A stretch of 64,000 nt of DNA from Spirochaetia bacterium (GTDB lineage Bacteria > Spirochaetota > Spirochaetia > WTKD01 > G963693115). The first letter of the stretch is position 1. Each line of letters starts with the position of its first letter. This document shows positions 51,143 through 61,429 of the stretch, in pieces. The notes beneath the pieces were generated by a model. That model saw only the letters and a list, made by a program, of their open reading frames with translations, had not been told where the DNA came from and made no database searches. The stretch spans positions 873,651 through 937,650 of the forward strand of contig OZ245332.1 of assembly GCA_965226065.1 (NCBI GenBank), read 5' to 3'. Position numbers and translations under genes: made by a program.

Positions 51143-53170
51143 ATGCAATACAATAAAAGCATGAACAATCTCAAAAAATGCTTTGCACAAGTACTTCAAT
51201 ATCTTATTACAATGCAATCTAATGCTGAAAGTTTTGAAACATTACTTACAGGCGATACGCCTGGAGAACATGCAATAAAAAAATTTATCGCTGCCTTACA
51301 AGGTGAATCCATCACATGGAATAAAGAAAATCCTATTGATGCATTTTTACATGCGGCGAACTGCTCAATAGAAAAAGAACTCAATAATGCTTCACATGCT
51401 ATTACCTCTAATCTTATTACCCTTGCGCAATTTCTCACCTCTAATGCTTTAAAAAAAGATACTCCACTCTCGGAATACGATATTCAAAAACGCCTCTGGA
51501 GTGTTTTTAGCCATGAAGCGCAATCGCTTAAAATCAGCGACATAGTAAATACCTCTGAAAAAGAAAATGCAGCCCTAACTACAATAAAAATGCTGCGTGA
51601 GAAACGAAAAGTACGCGTCAGTACAAACTATACAAAACCCTTATGCAATATTGCAAACGAACTGGTATTTACTTCTAACATCTTACTTACACTCCCAAAA
51701 GAAGAAGATATTGAAAAACTTCCATTGAGCGAAAAAAATAAAGAAAAAATTCGCAAAATATGCACAAACGAAAAACAACGTTATTGGTACGACCACCCCA
51801 TTCCTTTCGGTGTCTCACGAGAAGCTGATGAACTTATCTATGGACTGCGAGGTTTATCAGATGCCTTGAAATTTGAGAAAGATAGAGGGACAGTAGAAGA
51901 CAACGCAGTACTTACCGTTATTCTTTCTGTTTCAGTTACACATACCTCGCTAAGCTCAATTGCCCGCGAATACTTACAATCGCATATCGCGAAAGAGTGT
52001 TTTGAAGGAATTGCAGTATATGTGTTTACTGAAGAAGATGCATGTTATATTGCACAAAATCTTGAAGCGGTTACAGACATAAACAATGGTATTACACAAG
52101 TGTTTGGAGTAGATGGACGTTACGGGCGGCATTATTCTTTTCTTAAAGCCATTACTGCAGTGTGGAATGTATGCGTAGATAATGCAGTACGTGCGACATT
52201 CAAAATAGACCTTGATCAGATATTCCCTCAAGACAACTTAGTAAAAGAAACAGGCAAAAGTGCATTTGAGCATTTAGCTACGAAATTGTGGGGTGCAAAT
52301 GGTGTAGATTCAAACGGCGAATCCGTGCATTTAGGAATGATTGCAGGGGCTTTAGTAAACGAAGCCGACATACACAAAGGCTTATTTACACCCGATGTAA
52401 ACTTTCCTAAAGATGAAAAATTATCGGCAGAAGAATTGTTTTTTCCTCGTCTTCCACTTATGGCAATCTCCACACGCGCGGAGATGATGACGCGTTACGG
52501 TGCAAATGCTGATGTCGACGGCGAACACGAATGCATACAGCGCGTTCATGTGACAGGCGGCACCAATGGTATTTTAGTAGATGCACTTCGCTCTTATAGA
52601 CCTTTCACGCCATCTTTTATCGGACGTGCTGAAGATCAAGCATATTTATTGTCAGTGCATGCAATAAAAGAAAAACCACGCCTCTCTTACGTACACGCTG
52701 CAGGACTTCTTATGAGACATGACAAAGCTGCATTTGCCTCAGAAGCAATACACGCAGCGAAACACGGCAGCTTTGTAGGTGATTTGCTGCGCAGCTTGCT
52801 TTTTTCGTATTACGCAGAATCACTACCTGAAAAATTAGAATATGCCAAAGAGCACTTCGCACCTTTTACAAGCTGTTTTATCAGCGACATTCCCATATGC
52901 TTTATCATGGGACGACTTGTATTAAGCCTTGCAAATTTGGTCTCGCAGAACAAAACGCAGGATGCACAAATACAATTAGATATTGCATCGCGGGAGCTTA
53001 TAAAGGAACTTGAAGCAGATAGTGCTACTCGTATAGCAACGCAATATCAGCATGAACGTAGCGCGTGGAATGCCTTTTACGATACATTAGATATCATAGA
53101 AAATGAAACGCAGCATGCACCGCAGCGTGAGAATATTAGAAAACATATCTCCGCTTGTCGTATTTTGTAA
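51143..53170 (+). CDS. Large hypothetical protein (675 aa)
   Basis: Long uninterrupted ORF with coding-like composition. No Walker or other signature recognised by eye; acidic/His-containing segments 'DLDQIFPQDN', 'VTGGTNGILVD', 'GRAEDQAYLL'. Confidence 0.55.
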   Translation: MQYNKSMNNLKKCFAQVLQYLITMQSNAESFETLLTGDTPGEHAIKKFIAALQGESITWNKENPIDAFLHAANCSIEKELNNASHAITSNLITLAQFLTSNALKKDTPLSEYDIQKRLWSVFSHEAQSLKISDIVNTSEKENAALTTIKMLREKRKVRVSTNYTKPLCNIANELVFTSNILLTLPKEEDIEKLPLSEKNKEKIRKICTNEKQRYWYDHPIPFGVSREADELIYGLRGLSDALKFEKDRGTVEDNAVLTVILSVSVTHTSLSSIAREYLQSHIAKECFEGIAVYVFTEEDACYIAQNLEAVTDINNGITQVFGVDGRYGRHYSFLKAITAVWNVCVDNAVRATFKIDLDQIFPQDNLVKETGKSAFEHLATKLWGANGVDSNGESVHLGMIAGALVNEADIHKGLFTPDVNFPKDEKLSAEELFFPRLPLMAISTRAEMMTRYGANADVDGEHECIQRVHVTGGTNGILVDALRSYRPFTPSFIGRAEDQAYLLSVHAIKEKPRLSYVHAAGLLMRHDKAAFASEAIHAAKHGSFVGDLLRSLLFSYYAESLPEKLEYAKEHFAPFTSCFISDIPICFIMGRLVLSLANLVSQNKTQDAQIQLDIASRELIKELEADSATRIATQYQHERSAWNAFYDTLDIIENETQHAPQRENIRKHISACRIL

Positions 53171-53197
53171 ATAGATTGAAACGATTATACTAAAGCC

Positions 53198-53902
53198 ATG
53201 ATATGGGTTTTTTCCCTCGGTGGTTCTATCATTGCTCCTAAAAATTGTGACGATTTTGTAGACGTGAACTTTCTTCAAAATTTTCACGCTTTTATACAAA
53301 GACGCATCGCAGGTGATGAAAGATTCATCATCATAGTAGGTGGCGGTAATCCTGCGCGCAAGTACCAAAGCGCATACTATAAAATTCAAACTTTAGTTCA
53401 AGAACAAGAAAAACGCGATAATGCACTTGATAGAATAGGTATAGCAGCCACACATCTTAATGCAAAGTTAATTCAAGAAATATTTTCCGAACATGCCGAA
53501 CGCGATATAGTGACAAACCCTGAATCTGATGCTGTTGTATTTACAAAAAGCATTCTCATTGGCGCAGGCTGGAAACCCGGATTTTCTACCGATTTAGATG
53601 CAGTGCTGCTCGCAAAGCGTTTTGCTGCAAAAACAATTGTGAATATTTCCAACATAGCACAAATATACACTGCCGATCCCGCTCGCAATTCAAATGCAAG
53701 CCCCTTACATTCTATTCGTTGGAATGAAATAATTCATATGGTTGGCACACAATGGACACCGGGAATGAATGTCCCATTCGATCCCATTGCATGCAAAGAA
53801 GCACGAAATGCCTCTCTTGAAGTTATTTCGGTAGGATCCTCGTTAGATAACATAGAGTCTGTACTCAATGGAAAGAACTATGTTGGTACGCGTATTTGGT
53901 AA
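53198..53902 (+). CDS. pyrH: Amino-acid-kinase-family enzyme, most similar to archaeal-type UMP kinase
   Basis: 'VFSLGGSIIAPK' and 'IIVGGGNPARKY' mirror archaeal PyrH ('IGGSVL...VVGGGKLARKY'). Confidence 0.65.
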   Translation: MIWVFSLGGSIIAPKNCDDFVDVNFLQNFHAFIQRRIAGDERFIIIVGGGNPARKYQSAYYKIQTLVQEQEKRDNALDRIGIAATHLNAKLIQEIFSEHAERDIVTNPESDAVVFTKSILIGAGWKPGFSTDLDAVLLAKRFAAKTIVNISNIAQIYTADPARNSNASPLHSIRWNEIIHMVGTQWTPGMNVPFDPIACKEARNASLEVISVGSSLDNIESVLNGKNYVGTRIW

Positions 53903-53955
53903 TTTTCTCTAACCTAAATCCTACCGTACAATTTGGGTAAGTCCCACTTACATTT

Positions 53956-54534
53956 TTACTGCAAGTTTTTTGCTAGAATTTTCATATCCTTAATAATTTT
54001 CTTATTATCCCATGGACGAAGCCCTTGTGTCTTTGCAATAATTTTTCCACTCTTATCTATGATAAAAACCGTTGGAGTGCCTTCTGTACCTAAATGAGTA
54101 GCGCGTAAAATTTCACCCATAGGATCCATAAATATAATACTTTCATCACTCATGTTAAACTCATTTTTAAAAGCAATGGCATCTTGTATATCTTTATCCC
54201 ATGATATGTAGGCAAATCTAACATTATCTTCAGGCTTAAATTCCTTTACCATTTTAGAAAATTTCGGTGCTTCTTCACGGCAATAGACACAACCCGATCG
54301 CCACACAGAAACAATAGTGACACTTCCTTCAAGGGTTTCGCGTATATTCAGCGACTTACCGCTAAGAGTTTTAAGCGTAATATTCGGTATGTCTGCGTTT
54401 ACAGGTTTTGTTTGCAATTCTTTCAGAATTTCACTAGTACTTTTTGGAGAAAAACCACCCATGCTAGTAGAAAATATAAATAGTAACAAGGCCGTGCAGA
54501 AGTGTACAAAGTACTTGAATGTTGAATGTTTCAT
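53956..54534 (-). CDS. TlpA/ResA-like periplasmic thiol:disulfide oxidoreductase
   Basis: Signal peptide; thioredoxin CxxC 'WRSGCVYCR'. Confidence 0.7.
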   Translation of the reverse strand: MKHSTFKYFVHFCTALLLFIFSTSMGGFSPKSTSEILKELQTKPVNADIPNITLKTLSGKSLNIRETLEGSVTIVSVWRSGCVYCREEAPKFSKMVKEFKPEDNVRFAYISWDKDIQDAIAFKNEFNMSDESIIFMDPMGEILRATHLGTEGTPTVFIIDKSGKIIAKTQGLRPWDNKKIIKDMKILAKNLQ

Positions 54535-54560
54535 AGAATCTCCTATAGAATAATTTACCC

Positions 54561-56222
54561 TTACAAGGGTAAACTATCCTTAATATTTTTGTCTAGTCGC
54601 AATGTAATAGTTGGTGCATGGGACAATTGAGCAGGACCAAAATATTGAATAGCACCGGGATAACAAAACGATGTAGTTGAAAGCCATTTTTTTCTATACT
54701 TTACAAATGTTTTAAATGCGTTACCGTTAAGCGGTACAAGTGCTTTGCGTATTACGGGCTTATCTACACCGTGACGACGCTCTATGTTCATCATCATGGT
54801 AAATGGAATGCCTCCTACATTCCAATTTTTCGCAGATTCTGTTAGTTTTGAAACTGACGACATGTACCCCGTAAGTCCATTTGCAATCAAAACACAGGCA
54901 GTATAACCTAAGGCATAACAGTATGTTGCATCAAAGTTAGAAGGAAATGCACATCGCGCTTCATATCCAAAAAAATGATTCTGAGCCGTAAACGAACCTG
55001 AAAACTTCCCTGCTTTTTTTCTGCGTGCAAGTTCTTTTTGCACCATTTCTATAAGCAGTCGTTCGGTTTCTATCAGCGATACTTGTACATTTCCGTGTGC
55101 ATCTCTTTCTAAAAGTAGCTGCATGCGAATAGCTATCGGAAGCAGTAAAAATGTTTTGCGCAATGCAGGCGATAAACTTTTCTCCACAGCTTTCATTTTT
55201 GCTTCAAAGTTTTTATGTGTATCTTTTGCAAGTATTTCGTTTAACGATGCAAGAAGCGTACGCATTTCAGGAATAAACTCTATAAGCCCTTCGGGTACAA
55301 GTACAACTCCAAAATTTTCCTTTTTCTTACTACGCAATACAACAGCATCTGCAATGTACTGCACAATGTCAGATAAGGACTGTTGTTTTTTTTCTACCTC
55401 TTCGGATATAAGCGTAACGTTTGGCTTAGTTTGTAATGCACATTCAAGGGTAATATGGCTTGCAGAACGCCCCATCAGCCGAATGAAATGCCAGTACTTT
55501 CGAGCACTTGCAGCATCACGCGCTATGTTTCCTATAAGCTCAGAATATGTTTTGACAGCAGTGTCAAAGCCAAATGATGTTTCTATGTATTCATTTTTCA
55601 AATCTCCATCTATGGTTTTTGGAACACCTATAACCTGAATGGCGCTCTTCTGTGCTATAAAGTACTCCGCAAGCAATGCGGCGTTTGTGTTACTATCATC
55701 ACCACCTATAATTACAAGTGCATCAATTTTGTTTGCTTTTGCGTTTTTAAGCACAAGAGTAAACTGCTCTGATGTCTCTATTTTTGTTCTACCAGATCCT
55801 ATGATGTCAAATCCACCGGTGTTTCTATACGCATCTATAATCTCTTTTGTAATAACAATTTTTTTGTTTTCAATGAGTCCGCTCGGTCCATTTAAAAAAC
55901 CAATAAGATGTGATGATTCGTTTAAGGCTTTCAATGCATCAAAAATACCCGCTATGACATTATGTCCACCAGCAGCAGGCCCTCCTGAAAGTATCACGGC
56001 AACACGGCGAGATACGTTAGCATTCTTGTTTACACCTTTTTTTACCCTTGCTATAGGGTTGCCAAAAGTATGCGCAAAAAGAGATTTAAGCTGCGCAACA
56101 TTTCCTACCGCTGTTGTTTTTTTCCCAAGAGATAGCGATATATTTTTTACCGAACCAGTAAGTGTTTTTGGCAGCTCAGGCTTGTAACCCATGCGTAGGG
56201 TGTGAAGTTGCGAAATTGACAT
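54561..56222 (-). CDS. pfp: Pyrophosphate-dependent 6-phosphofructokinase (long, about 550-aa type)
   Basis: 553 aa; '[13 protein letters not shown]', '[11 protein letters not shown]' and 'PKTIDGDL' PFK motifs with PPi-type residues. Confidence 0.85.
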   Translation of the reverse strand: MSISQLHTLRMGYKPELPKTLTGSVKNISLSLGKKTTAVGNVAQLKSLFAHTFGNPIARVKKGVNKNANVSRRVAVILSGGPAAGGHNVIAGIFDALKALNESSHLIGFLNGPSGLIENKKIVITKEIIDAYRNTGGFDIIGSGRTKIETSEQFTLVLKNAKANKIDALVIIGGDDSNTNAALLAEYFIAQKSAIQVIGVPKTIDGDLKNEYIETSFGFDTAVKTYSELIGNIARDAASARKYWHFIRLMGRSASHITLECALQTKPNVTLISEEVEKKQQSLSDIVQYIADAVVLRSKKKENFGVVLVPEGLIEFIPEMRTLLASLNEILAKDTHKNFEAKMKAVEKSLSPALRKTFLLLPIAIRMQLLLERDAHGNVQVSLIETERLLIEMVQKELARRKKAGKFSGSFTAQNHFFGYEARCAFPSNFDATYCYALGYTACVLIANGLTGYMSSVSKLTESAKNWNVGGIPFTMMMNIERRHGVDKPVIRKALVPLNGNAFKTFVKYRKKWLSTTSFCYPGAIQYFGPAQLSHAPTITLRLDKNIKDSLPL

Positions 56223-56287
56223 TGTGAAACCTCCAATGCATAAAAAGCATAAACATAGATTATGTTTTTCTTACTATTATAATAACT

Positions 56288-57307
56288 ATGAATATCAAAG
56301 AACTTTTACGACAACTTGGTATGGAAAATGTAAATTTTTCTTTCAAGCCAAAGTTTGTCATTATTTCTATTACAATTCTCTTGTTAATTTTTATTGTCGC
56401 TACCAGCATTTTTGTAGTCGACGAAACACAACAAGCAGTTGTAGTACAATTTGGCAAATACAATAGAACCGTGGGATCTGGGTTAAAATTTAAAATGCCA
56501 TTTGGCATAGAAAAAAATTACAATGTCGCTACGCAAATAGTACAAAATATGACCTTTGGATTTAGAACACAAAAATCTGATATCATATCGCATCGATCTT
56601 CAGGTGATTATAGCAATGAATCGACAATGCTTACCGGTGATTTAAACATTGTAAATGTGGAGTGGATAATACAGTACAAAATTTCTGACCCACGTGCGTG
56701 GCTTTTCAATGTTGAAAACAGAAAAAAAACTATAAGTGACATTTCTCGTTCGGTGATAAATGAACTTGTCGGCGATTATTACATTACTGACGTACTAGGA
56801 AATGGAAGAACCTCAATAGAAGTAAAAGCATTGAAAGCAATGAGCGAAGTTTTTCATCTGTACAACATCGGCATACAGGTTACTGCCGTTAGATTGCAAA
56901 ACATTGTTCCACCAGAAGGGAGTGTGCAAGATGCCTTTGAAGACGTAAACAAAGCCGTACAAGACATGAATCGCCTTATCAACGAAGGACGCGAAGCATA
57001 TAACAAAGAAATACCAAAAGCACGCGGACAAGCAGAGCAATTAATACAAATAGCCCAAGGTTATGCCGCTGAGCGGGTGAATAATGCAAAAGGGGATGTT
57101 GCGCGATTTAATTCAGTACTTTTCGAATATAACAAAAATCCTAGTGTGACAAGACAACGTATTTATTATGAAACGCTTGAAGAAGTATTAACAAATTCAG
57201 AAAGCACTACACAATTTATAGACAAGGACTTTAAGAACATCGTTCCGTTTTTGTCCCTTCAAAAATCAAGCGGCACACAGCCTCTTGGTCCTGCGAGCAC
57301 ACAATAA
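56288..57307 (+). CDS. hflK: FtsH protease modulator HflK (SPFH/band-7)
   Basis: N-terminal TM and SPFH domain; followed by hflC. Confidence 0.8.
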   Translation: MNIKELLRQLGMENVNFSFKPKFVIISITILLLIFIVATSIFVVDETQQAVVVQFGKYNRTVGSGLKFKMPFGIEKNYNVATQIVQNMTFGFRTQKSDIISHRSSGDYSNESTMLTGDLNIVNVEWIIQYKISDPRAWLFNVENRKKTISDISRSVINELVGDYYITDVLGNGRTSIEVKALKAMSEVFHLYNIGIQVTAVRLQNIVPPEGSVQDAFEDVNKAVQDMNRLINEGREAYNKEIPKARGQAEQLIQIAQGYAAERVNNAKGDVARFNSVLFEYNKNPSVTRQRIYYETLEEVLTNSESTTQFIDKDFKNIVPFLSLQKSSGTQPLGPASTQ

Positions 57308-57334
57308 GTGCCTGCATTTATTTAAGGAGATTAT

Positions 57335-58351
57335 ATGGCACATAAACCAATAAAATTACCATTTTCAATCAAGCTGCTTATGTTTCTTGTAGTACTAGGC
57401 GTGCTTGTGTACATTTCAAAACCGTTTTTCATCGTAACCGAAGGTGAAACCGTTGTCGTAACACGTTTTGGGCAAATAATAAAAACAGACGAAACTGCAG
57501 GGTTTAAACTTAAAGCGCCTTTTATAGACTCTGTAACACGCTATTCAAGAAAAATACTTTCATGGGATGGCGAGCCGCGACGCGTACCAACCTATGAAAA
57601 ACAATTCATATGGGTAGATACTACCGCACGCTGGCGCATTGAAAACCCGCGTACATTTTACAAATCTGTTAATACTATGCCACAGGCATTTTCGCGATTA
57701 GACGATGTTATAGAAAGCGCAGTACGCACGGTAATAGCAGGTAATAAACTCGTCGAAGCGGTAAGAAACACCAACAATATTACCAAAAAACGAGAAACCT
57801 CTATAAAGGACATTCTACCAAGCTCAGACGTAGATAGTGCGGGTATTGAAAATTTAAGCGAGCTCGTAACTCAACTTGAAAAGCAACCAAAAATAGAAAA
57901 AGGCCGCCAATCCTTAAGTGAGGAAATGCTTATCTCGGTAAAAAAACTGGTACCTGAATTTGGCATAGATGTTATAGACATTGTAATTCGTCAAATTCGC
58001 TATGCCGATGATCTTACAGAAAGCGTATATAGCAGAATGATTTCAGAACGCAAGCGTATTGCACAAGTGTATCGATCGCAAGGTGAAGGACGCAAACAAG
58101 AGTTACTGGGGCAGCTTGATAATGAAAAACGCTCTATACTCTCTAGCGCGTATTCGCAAGCTGAAGCAGTACGAGGAAAAGCAGATGGCGAAGCTGCACG
58201 TATTTATGCAAATGCCTACGGACAAAACCCAAGCTTTTTTCAATTTTGGCGCGCAATGGAATCGTATAAAAAGACTACACCTTCACTTGATAAAGTGTTG
58301 TCTACTGAAGGGGATTATTTCCGATACTTTTATCGCAGCAATGGGCGATAG
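57335..58351 (+). CDS. hflC: FtsH protease modulator HflC (SPFH/band-7)
   Basis: N-terminal TM, SPFH domain, coiled-coil region; paired with hflK. Confidence 0.8.
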   Translation: MAHKPIKLPFSIKLLMFLVVLGVLVYISKPFFIVTEGETVVVTRFGQIIKTDETAGFKLKAPFIDSVTRYSRKILSWDGEPRRVPTYEKQFIWVDTTARWRIENPRTFYKSVNTMPQAFSRLDDVIESAVRTVIAGNKLVEAVRNTNNITKKRETSIKDILPSSDVDSAGIENLSELVTQLEKQPKIEKGRQSLSEEMLISVKKLVPEFGIDVIDIVIRQIRYADDLTESVYSRMISERKRIAQVYRSQGEGRKQELLGQLDNEKRSILSSAYSQAEAVRGKADGEAARIYANAYGQNPSFFQFWRAMESYKKTTPSLDKVLSTEGDYFRYFYRSNGR

Positions 58352-58368
58352 CTCACACAGCTATCGTA

Positions 58369-59970
58369 ATGCATACCCTTGCCTCGCTTTTCGCACCCTA
58401 TAGTCGCGAATGCAAGCTTTACGGTGCGGTGGATAAATATCTTACTGATATCTTTTACGATTCGCGCCGAGTGCACACTGCAAAAAAAAGCACGCATGCA
58501 GTAGCAAATGAACTCGGTCCTTTGTTTTTCGCTCTACCGGGCATACATTCTGATGGAATTTTATTTATAGATGACGCACTAAAAAAAGGTGCTATTGGCT
58601 TTGTGTGCGAAAGCACTTACGAAGACATACAACACCACATTGAAAGAGAAACTTCGCACATCGGTTGCGTACTAGTACCACAAGGCAGCATACGCAAAAT
58701 TATGGCTGAAGTAAGTGCTCGGTTTTTTGACTATCCTGCATGCGAGCTGACATTGTGCGGTATAACCGGCACAGATGGTAAAAGCACCTGTGTAGAATTC
58801 ATTCATCAATTACTAACAACTTGCAACATTCGCGCGGGATTGTGGTCTACTGTATATTGCTTTGACGGAAGTAGCTATGTTGATAATGATTTCCGTCAAT
58901 CTACTCCCGAAGCACCTGACTTGCACCGTGCTATGCGGCGCATGAGGAATAAAAATTGCACACACGCGGTATTGGAAATTACCAGTCATGCTTTAAGCGA
59001 TAAAACCTTGCGCACACATGGTATACAATTTGATGTAGCAGCATTAACAAACATCAAAAACGAGCACTTAGATTTTCACAACACGGTACAACAATATGCA
59101 CAAGATAAAAGCAAACTCTTTGCACACATAAAACCTAAAGGGATTGGACTTATACGCTTGCATGAACGATATGCTGAACTTTGTGTTTCTCAAGCATATA
59201 AAGCATCGGCGAAAATAGCAACATATTGTGTATGCAGCGATGATGAAGAAGAAACACAAGCGATAAAAGACCTTGCAACGATACACGCAGGCTATGTGCT
59301 TAAAAATGTAAAAACTACTCTCAATGCAACACAGGCTGATTTATTTTACAATGATGTTTTTGTTTCACAAATATGCATACCGTGTATCGGACTTTACAAT
59401 GCAGACAATGCTTTGTTGGCTCTTAGTACCGTGCATATACTCGGACTTGCCCCACTGAACAAACTTGCATCGTATACCTCAAAACTTCGCCCACCACAAG
59501 GGAGAATGCACACAATGTACCACAAAGGCATCACAGGCATTGTCGACTACGCACACACACCGGGTAGTTTTCAAAAAATCTTGCCAATGCTGCGCTCTAT
59601 CGTAAATGGAAAACTTATAATTGTGTTTGGATCTGCTGGTGAAAGAGATGTACAAAAACGCGCAGAACAAGGTGCCATCGCCAATATCTATGCAGATATT
59701 ATCGTACTTAGCGATGAAGATCCCCGCGGCGAAGATTCACTATCTATACTACAAGATATCGCTGCAGGAACTACACGCAGTATCGGCGCATCGCTTTTGC
59801 TTATCCCCGATAGAAAACAAGCTATACACCGCGCATGTTCTATGGCAGGCAAAGATGATTGCGTTTTATGTCTAGGTAAAGGGCACGAAAAAACAATAGT
59901 ATATGCAGATTACTCTCTTGATTGGGATGAAATTTCCATTTTAGCGCATGCCTTAAAAACCGAATGCTAA
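58369..59970 (+). CDS. murE: UDP-N-acetylmuramoyl-tripeptide ligase (Mur ligase family, MurE-like)
   Basis: 'FYDSRRV' (TDSR-like), P-loop 'GITGTDGKST', Mur ligase middle and C domains. Confidence 0.8.
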   Translation: MHTLASLFAPYSRECKLYGAVDKYLTDIFYDSRRVHTAKKSTHAVANELGPLFFALPGIHSDGILFIDDALKKGAIGFVCESTYEDIQHHIERETSHIGCVLVPQGSIRKIMAEVSARFFDYPACELTLCGITGTDGKSTCVEFIHQLLTTCNIRAGLWSTVYCFDGSSYVDNDFRQSTPEAPDLHRAMRRMRNKNCTHAVLEITSHALSDKTLRTHGIQFDVAALTNIKNEHLDFHNTVQQYAQDKSKLFAHIKPKGIGLIRLHERYAELCVSQAYKASAKIATYCVCSDDEEETQAIKDLATIHAGYVLKNVKTTLNATQADLFYNDVFVSQICIPCIGLYNADNALLALSTVHILGLAPLNKLASYTSKLRPPQGRMHTMYHKGITGIVDYAHTPGSFQKILPMLRSIVNGKLIIVFGSAGERDVQKRAEQGAIANIYADIIVLSDEDPRGEDSLSILQDIAAGTTRSIGASLLLIPDRKQAIHRACSMAGKDDCVLCLGKGHEKTIVYADYSLDWDEISILAHALKTEC

Positions 59971-60049
59971 CAGCATTCGCATCACATAAAAAGCAATCGT
60001 AAAAACAAAAATTTTTAGCATGCTCATTATATAGTACTCTACAAGATAT

Positions 60050-61027
60050 ATGGGATATATACTTTTATTGCTTGTGGGATTTATGCTTCTTATAAGCGGC
60101 GCACACTTTTTAGTAAACATGTGTGTGATATTTGCACAAAGACTTCATATTCCTGCCATGATTATTGGCATGACCGTAATAGCATTTGGTACATCTTTAC
60201 CTGAGTTTATTGTAGGGTTACATGCAAGTATTTCAGATGAAAATATCATGGTTTTTGGCAACGTAGTCGGTAGTAACATCTTAAACGTATTGGTCATGCT
60301 CGGATTGTGTGCTGTCATCTATCCCTGCACTGTTTCTCGGCAAAGCATGCGCATTGATATTCCAATTGCGGTACTCGCTGCTGTTCTGATGCTCTTACTT
60401 CCTGTCTTTTCCTTATCTACACAAAATGAAAAAACACTTCTGCCAGATATTTTGTACTTTTCTCGTTTTGATGGTCTATTGCTCGTGAGTGCATTTGTAT
60501 GTTTCATGATATACACCGCAAAAGCTTTTGTGCACGGTGCAGAATCTACCATGCATTGCGATTTGAAAAATACACAAGGCCTTTCTATGCTGCAAAATAT
60601 CATCGGACTTATCATAAGCATTATCGCACTCATCAGTGGTGGACATCTTGTAATCTCTAGTGCAGTTGGACTCGCGAGCTTTCTTGGAGTATCTACTCGC
60701 ATTATCTCAATCGTGGTAGTCGCATTTGGTACATCTTTACCTGAATTAGCAGTTTCTATAGCTTCTGCATTAAAAAAACAAAGCGATTTCGCACTCGGAA
60801 ACATAATCGGTTCAAATATCTTTAACGTGTTTTTCATACTCGGCACGTGCGTACTTATAAGCCCTATTAAAGTTGAAAAAGATGCAATACTCGATCTCAT
60901 TGTTCACGTGCTTTCTATAAGTCTCCTCGCTTTTTTTACCTGTTTTAGCAAAACACATACCCTCTCTCGCATTTCAGGACTCTTTTTTCTGTTTTTATAT
61001 GCACTGTACATGGTGCAGCTTTTGTAA
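60050..61027 (+). CDS. CaCA-family Na+(K+)/Ca2+ exchanger (YrbG-like)
   Basis: Duplicated alpha-repeat 'GTSLPE' x2; 325 aa, about 10 TM. Confidence 0.8.
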   Translation: MGYILLLLVGFMLLISGAHFLVNMCVIFAQRLHIPAMIIGMTVIAFGTSLPEFIVGLHASISDENIMVFGNVVGSNILNVLVMLGLCAVIYPCTVSRQSMRIDIPIAVLAAVLMLLLPVFSLSTQNEKTLLPDILYFSRFDGLLLVSAFVCFMIYTAKAFVHGAESTMHCDLKNTQGLSMLQNIIGLIISIIALISGGHLVISSAVGLASFLGVSTRIISIVVVAFGTSLPELAVSIASALKKQSDFALGNIIGSNIFNVFFILGTCVLISPIKVEKDAILDLIVHVLSISLLAFFTCFSKTHTLSRISGLFFLFLYALYMVQLL

Positions 61028-61429
61028 GCTATGCAGATAACAACTTTCCATCTCAAGCACCTTTCTTAAATCACGTAGCTATCTCTCTTGAGAATATGGA
61101 AGCTTCGCCTCAATACTTCCGCATGAGAATAAAAACCCATGTATATGCATGACAGAATTGTAATGTATTTAGGTAGAAAAAAACTTGAAAAAAAGAGTAA
61201 ATGTACCATTATATATAGTAGTAGAAATTTGTTTTTTTAATACTTAGAAAACCTAGCGCTTATAGAAAACTTTTACGTAGTAAAGGCAAACTATCTAATT
61301 ACCAAGAGAAAGAAAGTGGCAAGCGAGCATGCGGGCAATTAATCCAAAATGGCATAAAGAACAAAAGAGAACAGCACGAAAACGATACCACAAAAGTAAG
61401 AAAATAAAAAAATAAACAAGGATTACATT

